Assembly: GCA_963713445.1 (NCBI GenBank)
Contig: CAVQMB010000024.1
Span: 26,985 to 90,984 of the forward strand
DNA: 64,000 bases
Direction of reading: 5' to 3'
Origin: an uncultured Gammaproteobacteria bacterium
GTDB lineage: Bacteria > Pseudomonadota > Gammaproteobacteria > Competibacterales > Competibacteraceae
Below the pieces are notes generated by a model that was not told where the DNA came from, searched no databases, and was given only the letters and a program-made list of their open reading frames with translations. Both the position numbers and the translations under genes were made by a program. The stretch's first letter is position 1; each line of letters begins with the position of its first letter. Positions 37,629 to 48,032 of the stretch are shown here, piece after piece.

Positions 37629-37657
37629 AGTATAAAACACATGCTGCACTGCGTCAA
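37629..37657 (-). promoter_or_regulatory. sigma70-type promoter of sRNA copy 3
   Basis: Minus strand: TTGACG (37657-37652), a 17-nt spacer, then TATACT (37634-37629). Confidence 0.75.
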
Positions 37658-38075
37658 CAGGAGCAGTGACATCTCATGCAGCATGACCGCCCCTAATTAA
37701 CCAAGACTGTCACCGCACGGCAAAGTTCCCGTCACTAGCACCAAAGCGGACAGCACTTGCAGCTGACAGCCGGGTGAGCGTGATTACGCCGCCGACGTGG
37801 CAGCCGCGAACCCGTTTGTCGCATGCAATACGTACCCATACCCCACAAGCGGCACGGATTCACTGGATCGCGGGAATCGGGAGCGGAGCAAGACGTCAAT
37901 CGCCCCCAGTCAACCAAAAAAAGCGGCGCTGGAGCGCTGAAAAGCTGCGGTTTGCGGTCACGGAAACACTGACATAGCACCGCAACAGAAATCAGAGGCG
38001 CCAGTACAGGCTTGCCGCAGTCGCCTTTAGGAGACAGTCGGGTCGGGGACGGTTCCTATCAGCCCTGGCTTGTTC

Positions 38076-38104
38076 GCCGGCTTCAGCTCCACACCGAAGC
38101 CGGC
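38076..38104 (-). terminator. hairpin about 25 nt downstream of nuoN (possible end of the nuo operon, no U-tract)
   Basis: Minus strand: GCCGGCTTC-ggtgtggagct-GAAGCCGGC, a 9-bp stem. Confidence 0.4.
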
Positions 38105-38130
38105 CACAGAAGTTGCCGGCCCGTTACCGA

Positions 38131-39573
38131 CTAAATATGAAATGCGGCGTAACACAACGACATCAGCGCCGTAGGGTAAATCCCAAGGGCGATGATCAGC
38201 AACCCGTTGGCGCTTATGCCGATCCGAGTATCAAGGTGCGGAACCGTCAGCGTACCTTGTTCGGGCTTGTCGAAGTAGACGTACTTGACCACCCGCAGGT
38301 AGTAGAACGCTCCGATCACGGCAAAGATCACCGCCAGTACCGCAAGCCATACCAAGCCGGCGCTAATCGCCGCCTGCAAAACTGCCAGTTTGGCATAAAA
38401 ACCAACCAGAAACGGGATGCCCGCCAGCGACATCATAAATACCAGCATCATGAACGCGAGCCATGGGTTACGCTCATTAAGCCCCTTCAGATCCGCGATC
38501 TGATCAGCCTCGAAACCGGCGCGGCTGAGCAGTATAACGATCCCGAAGGCGCCGGTAGTCATCACCGCATAGGTAATGGCATAGAACATGGCAGCGGCAT
38601 AGCCCTGTGGTGTACCGGCGATCACGCCAAGCAACAGGAAACCGACATGCGAGATGGTCGAGTAAGCCAGCATGCGCTTAATATTGGTCTGCGATATCGC
38701 CACCAGGTTACCCAGCACCAGAGACAAGGCGGCCAGTATCACCAGCATCTGCTGCCAGTCGCTATGGAGGGCACCCAGGCCTTCGGCCAGGACCCGGATC
38801 AACAACGCAAATGCCGCAATCTTGGGGGCAGTACCGAGATACAGCGTCACCGACGTCGGAGCACCTTCATAGACATCCGGCAGCCACATATGGAACGGCA
38901 CCGCACCCAGCTTGAACGCCAGGCCAACCACCAGGAACGCGACGCCGAAAGCCAGCGCAAGATGGTTGTCGACATGTGATTTGCTGAGTTCCGTGGCAAT
39001 GGTATGCAGTTCCAGGCTACCGGTGGCTCCGTATATCATGGAGATACCGTACAACAGCATGCCGGAGGCCAGTGCGCCGAGCACGAAGTACTTCATTGCG
39101 GCCTCTGAGGCGTTGCCGGAGTCGCGCTGGAAGCCGACCAGCGCGTACTGACACAGCGCCAGCAGTTCGAGTCCCAGGTACACGGTAAGGAAGCTACCCG
39201 CCGACACCATCACCATCATGCCGAGCACACCAAACAAACCCAGCACGTAGTATTCACCACGGAACAACTGGCGTTCCCGCAGGTAATCGCGGGAGTACAG
39301 GAACACGGCCCCGGAAATGACATAAATACTCAGCTTCAGCACGGTCGCCAGCGGGTCGCTGACATAATGGCCGTTGAAGCCCACCACCGTGTTGGCGTGG
39401 TAGCCGTAGAGCGTGACCAGAAATGCACCCACCAGGGTAAGCTGGGCGAGGCCGTAAGTGATCCAACGCTGTTCCTGTTTAAGGAACACGTCGACCACCA
39501 GCACCAGGCAGGCCATGGCCATCACGAACAGTTCCGGCGCAACGAGAGAGAGGTCGGGTATGGCGAAATGCAT
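38131..39573 (-). CDS. nuoN: NADH-quinone oxidoreductase subunit N
   Basis: 480 aa, polytopic, ND2/NuoN-like. Last gene in the nuoA-N order. Confidence 0.93.
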   Translation of the reverse strand: MHFAIPDLSLVAPELFVMAMACLVLVVDVFLKQEQRWITYGLAQLTLVGAFLVTLYGYHANTVVGFNGHYVSDPLATVLKLSIYVISGAVFLYSRDYLRERQLFRGEYYVLGLFGVLGMMVMVSAGSFLTVYLGLELLALCQYALVGFQRDSGNASEAAMKYFVLGALASGMLLYGISMIYGATGSLELHTIATELSKSHVDNHLALAFGVAFLVVGLAFKLGAVPFHMWLPDVYEGAPTSVTLYLGTAPKIAAFALLIRVLAEGLGALHSDWQQMLVILAALSLVLGNLVAISQTNIKRMLAYSTISHVGFLLLGVIAGTPQGYAAAMFYAITYAVMTTGAFGIVILLSRAGFEADQIADLKGLNERNPWLAFMMLVFMMSLAGIPFLVGFYAKLAVLQAAISAGLVWLAVLAVIFAVIGAFYYLRVVKYVYFDKPEQGTLTVPHLDTRIGISANGLLIIALGIYPTALMSLCYAAFHI

Positions 39574-39586
39574 GGTGGGCCTTTCC

Positions 39587-41101
39587 TTACAGCTTGGACA
39601 TGCTGAGGTGCTGGGCTAGGTGGGCGACGCTGGCATGCATAACCGAAACGAGCGGGTTCGGCCAGATGCCGATCAGCAACACCAGGACAGCCAGCAGGCC
39701 CAGCATGATGAATTCGCGCTGGTTTATATCGCTCAAACCGGCAACGCCGTCGCTCGTTACCGCACCGAAGATTACCCGTTTCACCAGCCACAGGGTGTAG
39801 GCCGCACCGAGAATCAGGGTCAGTGCGGCGAGAAACGCGATCCAGAAACTGCTCTGGATGCTACCGAGAATGACCATGAATTCACCGACAAAACCCGACG
39901 TGCCCGGCAGTCCCGCGTTGGCCATCGCGAACAACACCATGAACGCCGCGAACACCGGCATGGTGTTGACCACGCCACCGTAGTCGCTGATCTGGCGGGA
40001 ATGCAGCCGATCGTACATCACCCCGACGCAGAGGAACATGGCACCGGAGATCAGGCCGTGCGACACCATTTGCACCATGCCACCTTCCAGTCCGAGGGCG
40101 ATGCCCGCGCTGCCCGGCGCCTTGGCTGTCAGTCCGAAGACGATGAAGAAGCCCAGCGTTACGAACCCCATGTGGGCGATCGACGAGTACGCGATGAGCT
40201 TCTTCATATCCTGCTGAACCAGCGCCACCAGCCCGATATAGACCACCGCGATCAGGGACATAGCGATAATCAGCCACGACAGGCTGGCGGCGGCATCCGG
40301 TGTGATCGGCAAACTGAACCGCAGGAAGCCGTAGCCACCGATCTTCAGGGTGATGGCGGCCAGGATGACCGAACCGCCGGTCGGCGCCTCAACGTGGGCA
40401 TCTGGCAACCAGGTATGTACCGGCCACATCGGCACCTTGACCGCGAACGCGATCAGGAACGCCAGGAAGATCAGCACCTGCTCGGTCATATCGAGCGGCG
40501 CCTTCTGAAACGCCAGGATCTCGAAACTGCCAGTCTTGAAATGGAGGTAGATCAGTGCAACCAGCAGGAACACCGAACCCAGGAAGGTATACAGGAAGAA
40601 CTTGATGGTCGCATAGACCCGGCGCGGCCCGCCCCAGATGCCGATAATCAGAAACATCGGTATCAGCATGGCCTCGAAAAATACATAGAACAGGATGGCA
40701 TCGAGCGCCGAGAATACGCCCACCATGAGGCCTTCCATGATCAGAAACGCGGCCAGGTATTGCGCCACCCGGTATTGGATCACCTCCCAGCAGGCGATCA
40801 CCACCAGCACTGTCATGAAGCTGGTCAGCAGGATCAACGGCATCGAGAAGCCGTCCACACCCAGGTGGTAATTGATCTTCAAGTACGGAATCCAGGGTGC
40901 GAATTCCTGGAACTGCATGGTGCCGACCGCCGGACTGAACAACGTATATAGCGGGATGCTTAGCAGGAACGTGGCGATGGCAACCGTCAGCGCCAGCCGT
41001 TTGGCCTTGGCCGGACTGTCATCACCGATAAACAGGACTGCGACGCCGCCCAGAATCGGCGTCCAGATGACAAAACTCAGAAACGGAAATGCGATCTCCA
41101 T
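39587..41101 (-). CDS. nuoM: NADH-quinone oxidoreductase subunit M
   Basis: 504 aa, ND4/NuoM-like antiporter-type subunit. Confidence 0.93.
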   Translation of the reverse strand: MEIAFPFLSFVIWTPILGGVAVLFIGDDSPAKAKRLALTVAIATFLLSIPLYTLFSPAVGTMQFQEFAPWIPYLKINYHLGVDGFSMPLILLTSFMTVLVVIACWEVIQYRVAQYLAAFLIMEGLMVGVFSALDAILFYVFFEAMLIPMFLIIGIWGGPRRVYATIKFFLYTFLGSVFLLVALIYLHFKTGSFEILAFQKAPLDMTEQVLIFLAFLIAFAVKVPMWPVHTWLPDAHVEAPTGGSVILAAITLKIGGYGFLRFSLPITPDAAASLSWLIIAMSLIAVVYIGLVALVQQDMKKLIAYSSIAHMGFVTLGFFIVFGLTAKAPGSAGIALGLEGGMVQMVSHGLISGAMFLCVGVMYDRLHSRQISDYGGVVNTMPVFAAFMVLFAMANAGLPGTSGFVGEFMVILGSIQSSFWIAFLAALTLILGAAYTLWLVKRVIFGAVTSDGVAGLSDINQREFIMLGLLAVLVLLIGIWPNPLVSVMHASVAHLAQHLSMSKL

Positions 41102-41110
41102 GGGGCTCCC

Positions 41111-43135
41111 TTACCGGCTCACGACCCAGGTGAGTAACGCCAGCAGACCGATGATCATGGCGAAGGCGTAGTGGTACAGATAACCGGATTGCAAATAGCG
41201 CGCGACACCGGAAAACCAGCCGACTACCCGAGCGCTACCGTTAACCATCAGACCATCGATCAAACCGGCATCACCGTATTTCCACAACCCGCGGCCCAAC
41301 CAGCGACCGCCGCCAACGAACACCGTCTGGTTAAAGGCATCGAAGCCGTACTTCTTATCAAGCGCCCGCTGCACAAAGGCCAGCGGCGGCGATTGTCGAC
41401 ACCAGGCCTGAATTTGGCCCGGCAACTCCGGTCGGTAGTAGTACAAAAACCAAGTCGTCAGAAAGCCTAGCAACGCCAGGCCGAAGGCGATCGAGAAGAA
41501 TCCGTGCAGCGCGAAGCTGATGGCACCATGATAATCCTCGGCCAGCTTCGGCATGATCCGGTGCGCCGGCGCAACGTAGATCGCACGCCGGAATACGTCA
41601 CCGAACAACAGCGGCTTGATGGTCAACGCACCGATAATGAACGACGGGATGGCCAGGAGAATCAACGGTATCGTTACCACCGCCGGCGATTCCTTGGGGA
41701 GGCCTCCATGATGGCCGTCGTGGCCGCCGTTGTGATGAAAATGCTCCTCGCCATGGAACACCACAAAATATAGCCGAAACGAATAGAACGACGTCACAAA
41801 CACACTGAGCAACACACACCAGTAGGCAAAACTGGCACCGGCTGTATGCGCCAGATGATCGGCTTCGATGATGCTGTCCTTGGAGTAGAAGCCAGAGAAG
41901 AAGGGCGTACCGACCAGCGCCAGAGTGCCGATCAGCATAGTGATCCAGGTGATTGGCATGTACTTGCGCAGGTTGCCCATCTTCCAGATATTCTGTTCGT
42001 GGTGCAGCGCGATGATGACCGAGCCGGCACATAGAAACAGCAGTGCCTTGAAGAACGCGTGGGTCATCAGGTGGAAGATGGCAACCGAGTACGCCGACGC
42101 TCCCAGCGCTACGGTCATATAACCGAGCTGCGACAGAGTCGAGTAGGCAATGATGCGCTTTATATCGTCCTGCACCATACCCAGGATACCCATGAACAAC
42201 GCGGTGATTGCGCCGATCACCAGCACCACGCTGAGTGCGGTATTGGAAAGCTCGAATAGCGGTGACATCCGCGCCACCATAAAAATGCCTGCCGTCACCA
42301 TGGTCGCAGCATGGATCAGGGCTGAAATCGGTGTCGGGCCTTCCATCGAGTCCGGCAGCCAAACATGCAGCGGCACCTGGGCCGACTTACCCATGGCACC
42401 GACAAAAAGCAGGATGCAGGCCACACTCAGCATCGACCAGGGGTGCCCGGCAAAGACCTCGATCGTGGCGGTCGCTTGCTTGGGAGCCGCATGGAACACG
42501 GTCGCGTAATCCAGGCTATGAAAGTACATTGCGATCAGCGCGATGCCCAACAGGAAGCCGAAGTCCCCGACCCGGTTGACCAAAAACGCCTTGAGGTTGG
42601 CGAAGATGGCCGATTCGCGGTTCATGTAGAACCCGATAAGCAGATAGGACATCAGACCGACCGCTTCCCAGCCGAAGAACAGCTGCAGGAAGTTGTTGGC
42701 CATCACCAGCATCAGCATGGAGAACGTGAACAGCGCGATGTAGCTGAAGAACCGCTGGTAGGCGGCCGGCCGGGCGCAGCTGTCTTCAGGCCACAGCTCT
42801 TCGTCGTGCCACATATAGCCGATGGTGTAGATATGCACCATCAGCGACACGAAGCTCACCACACTGATCATGATGGCCGTCAGGTTGTCGATCAGGAATC
42901 CAATATCCATGTGCAGGCCGCCAACCACGGCCCACGTGTAGATCCGACCATTGAACGCCGGCGCACCCTGAAAAACATGGTGCCACAACACCACCAGGCT
43001 CAACAGAAATGCCAGACCAACACCCAGGCTGGCGATCCAGTGTGCCCCGGAACGGCCGATCTGGCGGCCGAACAGACCGACCACAACAGCGCCAATGAGC
43101 GGAAACAGTGCGATCCAGATATAAACCTGTACCAT
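41111..43135 (-). CDS. nuoL: NADH-quinone oxidoreductase subunit L
   Basis: 674 aa, ND5/NuoL-like with a long C-terminal extension. Confidence 0.93.
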   Translation of the reverse strand: MVQVYIWIALFPLIGAVVVGLFGRQIGRSGAHWIASLGVGLAFLLSLVVLWHHVFQGAPAFNGRIYTWAVVGGLHMDIGFLIDNLTAIMISVVSFVSLMVHIYTIGYMWHDEELWPEDSCARPAAYQRFFSYIALFTFSMLMLVMANNFLQLFFGWEAVGLMSYLLIGFYMNRESAIFANLKAFLVNRVGDFGFLLGIALIAMYFHSLDYATVFHAAPKQATATIEVFAGHPWSMLSVACILLFVGAMGKSAQVPLHVWLPDSMEGPTPISALIHAATMVTAGIFMVARMSPLFELSNTALSVVLVIGAITALFMGILGMVQDDIKRIIAYSTLSQLGYMTVALGASAYSVAIFHLMTHAFFKALLFLCAGSVIIALHHEQNIWKMGNLRKYMPITWITMLIGTLALVGTPFFSGFYSKDSIIEADHLAHTAGASFAYWCVLLSVFVTSFYSFRLYFVVFHGEEHFHHNGGHDGHHGGLPKESPAVVTIPLILLAIPSFIIGALTIKPLLFGDVFRRAIYVAPAHRIMPKLAEDYHGAISFALHGFFSIAFGLALLGFLTTWFLYYYRPELPGQIQAWCRQSPPLAFVQRALDKKYGFDAFNQTVFVGGGRWLGRGLWKYGDAGLIDGLMVNGSARVVGWFSGVARYLQSGYLYHYAFAMIIGLLALLTWVVSR

Positions 43136-43139
43136 GACT

Positions 43140-43445
43140 TCAGCCTTTCATCGAATTCAGGTCGGCGACGTTGATGGTCTGGCGGTTGCGGAACAGCACC
43201 ACCAGGATCGCCAGACCGATGGCCGCTTCGGCCGCCGCCACCGTCAGGATGAAGAACACGAAGATCTGCCCGGCGGTATCACCGAGAAAGCGGGAAAACG
43301 CGATGAAGTTGAAGTTCACCGCCAGCAGCATCAGTTCGATCGACATCAGCAGCACTATGACATTCTTCCGATTGAGGAAAATGCCGGCGATGCTGAGGCA
43401 GAACAGGATTGCTCCCAGGATCAGATAATCAGTCAGCGCGAGCAT
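43140..43445 (-). CDS. nuoK: NADH-quinone oxidoreductase subunit K
   Basis: 101 aa with 3 TM segments, ND4L-like ([16 protein letters not shown]). Confidence 0.93.
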   Translation of the reverse strand: MLALTDYLILGAILFCLSIAGIFLNRKNVIVLLMSIELMLLAVNFNFIAFSRFLGDTAGQIFVFFILTVAAAEAAIGLAILVVLFRNRQTINVADLNSMKG

Positions 43446-43474
43446 CGATCCCCCGGTTGTTGATTGTTCATGGC

Positions 43475-44068
43475 TTATTTCTTGTCACTGGCCATACTGA
43501 CCAGGCGTACCCGGTTACGGCGGTTGACGGCGACCTGCTGGGCCGGATCCTGATACTTCGTTCCCGGTCGCCGACGCATGGTCAGTGCGATAGCCGCGAC
43601 AATGGCCACCAGCAGGATGACTGCCGCGATCTCGAACGGATAGACGTACACCGTATACAACACGCTACCCAGAGCCTGGGTATTACTGTAGTCCGCCGCA
43701 TGCTGCCCGAGCTGAAACCCGGCGAAATAATGACCGCCAACCACCAGCCCCATTTCGATCAGGACGACGACCGCTACCGCAATGCCGACCGGTAGATAAC
43801 GGGTGAAGCCCTCACGCAGCGGGGCGGTATTGATATCCAGCATCATCACGACGAACAGGAACAGCACCATAACCGCACCCACATAGACCAGCACCAGGGC
43901 AATGGCCAGAAACTCGGCCTCGAGCAGCAGCCACAACGCTGCGCTGGTGAAAAACGCCAGCACCAGGAACAGCACCGCGTGGACCGGATTGCGCACCGTG
44001 ATCACACGGGCCGCGGCGAAGACGAGAATCGCGGAGAAGACGTAGAACAGAAATTTTTCGAAGCCCAT
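43475..44068 (-). CDS. nuoJ: NADH-quinone oxidoreductase subunit J
   Basis: Start moved to [11 protein letters not shown] (ATG 44068, 13 nt after the nuoI stop). ND6-like. Confidence 0.9.
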   Translation of the reverse strand: MGFEKFLFYVFSAILVFAAARVITVRNPVHAVLFLVLAFFTSAALWLLLEAEFLAIALVLVYVGAVMVLFLFVVMMLDINTAPLREGFTRYLPVGIAVAVVVLIEMGLVVGGHYFAGFQLGQHAADYSNTQALGSVLYTVYVYPFEIAAVILLVAIVAAIALTMRRRPGTKYQDPAQQVAVNRRNRVRLVSMASDKK

Positions 44069-44081
44069 GAGCGTTCCCGGA

Positions 44082-44570
44082 TCAGCGGTAGGGCGCATCC
44101 GCCGCACGGTCGGCGGCGATCTGCGCTTCATATTTGTCGCCGATCGCGAGCAGCTTTTCCTTGGTCATGATCTGCTCGCCGCGGGACTCAAAATGGAAAT
44201 CGTGGACGCGGGTCTCGACGATCGAATCGACCGGACAGGCCTCCTCGCAGAAACCGCAATAAATGCACTTGAACAGATCGATGTCGTAGCGCGTGGTACG
44301 GCGGGTTCCGTCTTCCCGTTCCTCCGAATCGATGGTGATCGCCAGCGCCGGGCAGACCGCTTCGCACAGTTTGCAGGCAATGCAGCGCTCCTCGCCATTG
44401 GGATACCGGCGCAGCGCGTGCAGGCCCCGGAAGCGCGGCGATTGTGGCGTGCGTTCCTCCGGGAACTGCACCGTGACCTTACGGGCAAACAGATAACGGC
44501 CGGTCACCCGCATACCCAGCAGCAGCTCCCACAGGGTGAAGGTCTTGAAATAGTGTCGCAGAGATTGCAT
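44082..44570 (-). CDS. nuoI: NADH-quinone oxidoreductase subunit I
   Basis: 162 aa with two 4Fe-4S ferredoxin motifs, [12 protein letters not shown] and [12 protein letters not shown]. Confidence 0.95.
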   Translation of the reverse strand: MQSLRHYFKTFTLWELLLGMRVTGRYLFARKVTVQFPEERTPQSPRFRGLHALRRYPNGEERCIACKLCEAVCPALAITIDSEEREDGTRRTTRYDIDLFKCIYCGFCEEACPVDSIVETRVHDFHFESRGEQIMTKEKLLAIGDKYEAQIAADRAADAPYR

Positions 44571-44582
44571 CGCGGCCTCCGC

Positions 44583-45590
44583 TTAAGCAAACCAGGGAGG
44601 AAGATGGAGCAGGATCATGCCGCCCAGCACGAAGATCCATACCAGCGTTACCGGAATGAAGACTTTCCAGCCAAGCCGCATGATCTGATCGTAGCGATAG
44701 CGTGGGAAAGTGGCCCGGAACCAGAGGAATAAGAACAGCATCAACGCCGTCTTTATGATGAACCAGTGGATGCCAGGCGCGCCAATGACCGGGATACCGG
44801 CAAACGGCGACATCCAGCCACCCAGAAACATCACCGAGGCCAGCGCGGAAATAAGGATCATGTTGGCGTATTCGGCCAGGAAGAATACCGCGAAGGCGGT
44901 TCCCGAATACTCCACATGGAAACCGGCAACGATCTCCGACTCACCCTCAGCGACGTCGAAGGGGGAACGGTTGGTTTCCGCCACACCAGAAATAAAATAG
45001 ACCACGAACAAGGGTAGCAACGGTAACCAGAACCAGTGGAAAACATTGCCCTGCTGGGCCAGCACGATGTCGCTGAGGTTGAGGCTGCCGGCCGCCATCA
45101 GCACACCCACTAAGGCAAATCCCATAGCGATTTCGTAGGCCACGATCTGGGCTGCCGAACGCATGGCACCGAGAAGCGCATATTTCGAATTCGACGCCCA
45201 TCCGGCAATAATCACCCCATAAACACCCAGCGATGTCATTGCCAGAAGATACAACAGGCCTGCATTCACGTTGGCCAGCACCACGCCGTTGGCAAACGGT
45301 ATCACCGCCCAGGCTGCCAGCGCTGGCCCGATTGCGAGAACTGGCGCAATAATGAACAGCAACCGGCTGGCTCCCGTCGGAATGATGACTTCTTTCAGCA
45401 GCAGCTTGAGAACATCCGCAAACGGCTGCAATAGTCCCTGGTAGCCGACCCGGTTGGGCCCCAGCCGGACCTGCATGAAACCGATCACCTTGCGCTCGGC
45501 ATAGGTCAGGTAGGCCACGCTCAGGATCAACGGCACCAGGATGGCCACGATCTCGGCCACAATGATGATCAGCGTCAGTAGGCTCTCCAC
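44583..45590 (-). CDS. nuoH: NADH-quinone oxidoreductase subunit H
   Basis: 335 aa, ND1-like ([19 protein letters not shown]). Confidence 0.95.
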   Translation of the reverse strand: MESLLTLIIIVAEIVAILVPLILSVAYLTYAERKVIGFMQVRLGPNRVGYQGLLQPFADVLKLLLKEVIIPTGASRLLFIIAPVLAIGPALAAWAVIPFANGVVLANVNAGLLYLLAMTSLGVYGVIIAGWASNSKYALLGAMRSAAQIVAYEIAMGFALVGVLMAAGSLNLSDIVLAQQGNVFHWFWLPLLPLFVVYFISGVAETNRSPFDVAEGESEIVAGFHVEYSGTAFAVFFLAEYANMILISALASVMFLGGWMSPFAGIPVIGAPGIHWFIIKTALMLFLFLWFRATFPRYRYDQIMRLGWKVFIPVTLVWIFVLGGMILLHLPPWFA

Positions 45591-45627
45591 GATTTATCCC
45601 ATGCGCTCCGCTTGTTGTTGATGGCTG

Positions 45628-48000
45628 TCAGGCAGCACTCAGCTCGACCGAACCGATAACCGGTCCCAGATTCACACTGCCATCCAATGCGGCGGGTAAC
45701 CAGACACAGCCGGGAGGTACGCTGTCGTCGAGTTGCAGGGGCAGTTCAGCGTCAAAGCCGTCCTGTTGCACCAATGCCCGGGCCACGTTATGAAGACCGA
45801 GCTGCCGGGCCAGGGCATTGCTCAAACGAATACAGGCTGGCTCAGAAAGTGGTGTCTGTTGCAGCGGCTGTGAGCGTCGGGTCAGGGCATCGACGGCGTA
45901 GATCGGCACTTCACCGACACGCCACACGCCCTCTGCCTGCGGTACCCCATGCCCGGCTTCGGAAACCACCAGGTTGTCAGGCTTGAGATCCTGACAAGCC
46001 GCCTGCAGTTCGGTCCGCACTTGTTGCGAATCAAGATAATCGAAACCTGCCAGATCGAACTGGTTGCCGAGTACCCGCAACACTTTCCAGGCCGGCCGGG
46101 CTTCGCCCAGAGGCTGGCAGGCGCCTTGAAAACTCTGCCAGCGCCCTTCAGCGTTGACCAAGGTTCCCGAGGTCTCCGCAAAAGTAGTGGTCGGCAGAAT
46201 CAGATCAGCATAGTCCCGCGTGGTGGCACTGGCGAAGGGGCTCAGCACCAGCACGAACTCGGCACGCCGCACCGCTTCAAGCGCCTCGGCACCGGCCCAG
46301 CAATCGTAGTCCGGCTCTACGCCGCCGACCATGATATACGCACGCCGGGGTTTGGCCAGCATCTCGCGCGCCGCAAGCCCGGTGCCAGCAAGTGGCTGAC
46401 CGGCGGGACCACGATGGGGCACCACCCCGGCGAGCCAGCCGCCGGCAGCGTTGGCGCCGTCGCTCAGATAGCCCAGCGCGGCATCGCCGGCACCGGCAAT
46501 GTAGACCGCCAGCGCCCGGAGTGTAGAGAAGTTCGGGTGCATCCGCGCCTGGTTGCCCAACAATACTGTCGCCTGCTGGCCACTGGCCAGGCTGTCGGCC
46601 ATAGTCCGGGCCGCGTCGTCGACTTCGGCAGCCGCCAGCAAAGCCTTCAGATTGGCCGGCACCGCATTGTCGCTGCTCTCACTCAATGCCTTCGCGACCC
46701 CGGCCAGGGCCGTCACCATACCGACCGGATCGGTGACCGTCGCCGCGCGCAGCGGGTAGCGGAAATCGAAGTCGCGGCAGTTGATGGCCATCACTGCAGC
46801 ACCCTTAAGCGCGGCCTTGCGCAGCCGATGACTGGCCAGCGGTTGCTCCATACGCATATTGGACCCGACCAGCAGTGCCGCATCAACGGTTTCCAGCTCG
46901 GCCAGACTCTGGCCCAGCCAGGGAAACACCGGATCGGCAGCGGGGTCATCACAGTCGGCTTGCCGCAAACGATGATCGATGTTGTTGATTCCCAGACCGC
47001 GGGCCAGCTTTTGGATCAGATACATCTCTTCCAGCGTTGCGTTGGGCGATACCAGCACGCCGACTGCATCCGGTCCATGTTTGTCCAGCACCGATTTGAG
47101 GCCATCACGAGCGGCATGCAGTGCATCCTGCCACTCTAGTTCGCCGTGCTGGCGCTGCCAGGGTCGACGCACCCGGTCCTCGCTGTAAATCCCCTGATAG
47201 CTGAACCGGTCGCGGTCGGCGATCCAGCTCTCGTTGACGGCCTCGTTGTCGCGCGGCACCACCCTCATTACATGGCCACGGAGGGTATGTACGTAGACGT
47301 TGGAACCGACCGCATCGTGGGCAGCGATCATCGGATGCTGAAGATACTCCCAGGAGCGACCCGTGTTACGTGACGGGCGTGCTACCAGGGCGCCAACCGG
47401 ACACAGATCGATCACATTGCCGGACAGCTCCGAAACGATGCTCTTTTCAATGAAGGTGCCGATTTCCATGTGCTCGCCGCGGCCGGTGGCACCGAGTTCG
47501 CGCAATCCGGCGATCTCATCGCCAAAGCGCACACACCGGGTGCAGTGGATACAGCGTGTCATTTCGGTTCTGATCAGCGGGCCGACGTCCTTATCCTTGA
47601 CCGATCGCTTGCCTTCGCTGAACCGCGAAATACCGGACCCGTAGCCCATGGCCACGTCCTGCAGCTCACACTCGCCGCCCTGGTCGCAAATCGGGCAGTC
47701 CAGTGGATGGTTGATCAGCAGGAACTCCATCGTTCCCCGCTGGGCATCCAGTGCCTTGGACGAATGGGTCCACACTTTCATGCCGTCAGCAACCGGCGTT
47801 GCGCAGGCCGGCAGCGGCTTGGGCGCCTTCTCCACCTCGACCAGACACATGCGGCAATTAGCAGCAATCGACAGTTTAGGGTGGTAACAGAAGCGCGGGA
47901 TGCGCACACCGGCGGCGTCGGTCACCGCAATCAGCATGGCACCTTTACGTGCCTGCAGCGGCTCACCGTTAACCTCGATATTAACCCATTCTTCGCTCAT
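45628..48000 (-). CDS. nuoG: NADH-quinone oxidoreductase subunit G
   Basis: Start at MSEEWVNIEVNG (ATG 48000); TTG 48015 is an alternative. N-terminal 2Fe-2S/4Fe-4S cysteine clusters (CRMCLVEV, CPICDQGGEC, CIHCTRCVRF) plus a molybdopterin-oxidoreductase-like domain. Confidence 0.93.
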   Translation of the reverse strand: MSEEWVNIEVNGEPLQARKGAMLIAVTDAAGVRIPRFCYHPKLSIAANCRMCLVEVEKAPKPLPACATPVADGMKVWTHSSKALDAQRGTMEFLLINHPLDCPICDQGGECELQDVAMGYGSGISRFSEGKRSVKDKDVGPLIRTEMTRCIHCTRCVRFGDEIAGLRELGATGRGEHMEIGTFIEKSIVSELSGNVIDLCPVGALVARPSRNTGRSWEYLQHPMIAAHDAVGSNVYVHTLRGHVMRVVPRDNEAVNESWIADRDRFSYQGIYSEDRVRRPWQRQHGELEWQDALHAARDGLKSVLDKHGPDAVGVLVSPNATLEEMYLIQKLARGLGINNIDHRLRQADCDDPAADPVFPWLGQSLAELETVDAALLVGSNMRMEQPLASHRLRKAALKGAAVMAINCRDFDFRYPLRAATVTDPVGMVTALAGVAKALSESSDNAVPANLKALLAAAEVDDAARTMADSLASGQQATVLLGNQARMHPNFSTLRALAVYIAGAGDAALGYLSDGANAAGGWLAGVVPHRGPAGQPLAGTGLAAREMLAKPRRAYIMVGGVEPDYDCWAGAEALEAVRRAEFVLVLSPFASATTRDYADLILPTTTFAETSGTLVNAEGRWQSFQGACQPLGEARPAWKVLRVLGNQFDLAGFDYLDSQQVRTELQAACQDLKPDNLVVSEAGHGVPQAEGVWRVGEVPIYAVDALTRRSQPLQQTPLSEPACIRLSNALARQLGLHNVARALVQQDGFDAELPLQLDDSVPPGCVWLPAALDGSVNLGPVIGSVELSAA

Positions 48001-48032
48001 GCTTGACCTGCTCAAGAGGTGACTGGTGACGC

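Noticed and set aside
37209-37657. Reading the three repeats as a small CRISPR array
   Set aside because: The units are about 165-170 bp apart, and each carries its own -35/-10 promoter and a terminator hairpin with a U-run. There is no short regular repeat-spacer periodicity and no cas genes in the window.
37282-37680. Plus-strand mini-ORFs in each unit (MLRCSICPMLRCVNSGWKAFRRENTF, MLRSILVRMLQRVNRSRAILNNR, MLQRSIKHMLHCVNRSSDISCSMTAPN), possibly type I toxins
   Set aside because: The peptides are basic and Cys-rich, not hydrophobic. The GGAGGAG lies about 14 nt from the ATG. The shared residues (SI, VN) coincide exactly with the minus-strand -10 and -35 hexamers. Between those blocks neither the nucleotides nor the amino acids are conserved.
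39620-40951. 443-aa plus-strand ORF
   Set aside because: It is antisense to nuoM. It is extremely rich in R/H/D/Q/E and has no TM segments or domains, so I treat it as a GC-driven shadow ORF. The same judgement applies to 42365-43174 (opposite nuoL), 45949-47139 and 47470-48006 (opposite nuoG), 48837-49718 (opposite nuoF/E) and 55568-57554 (opposite ftsH).
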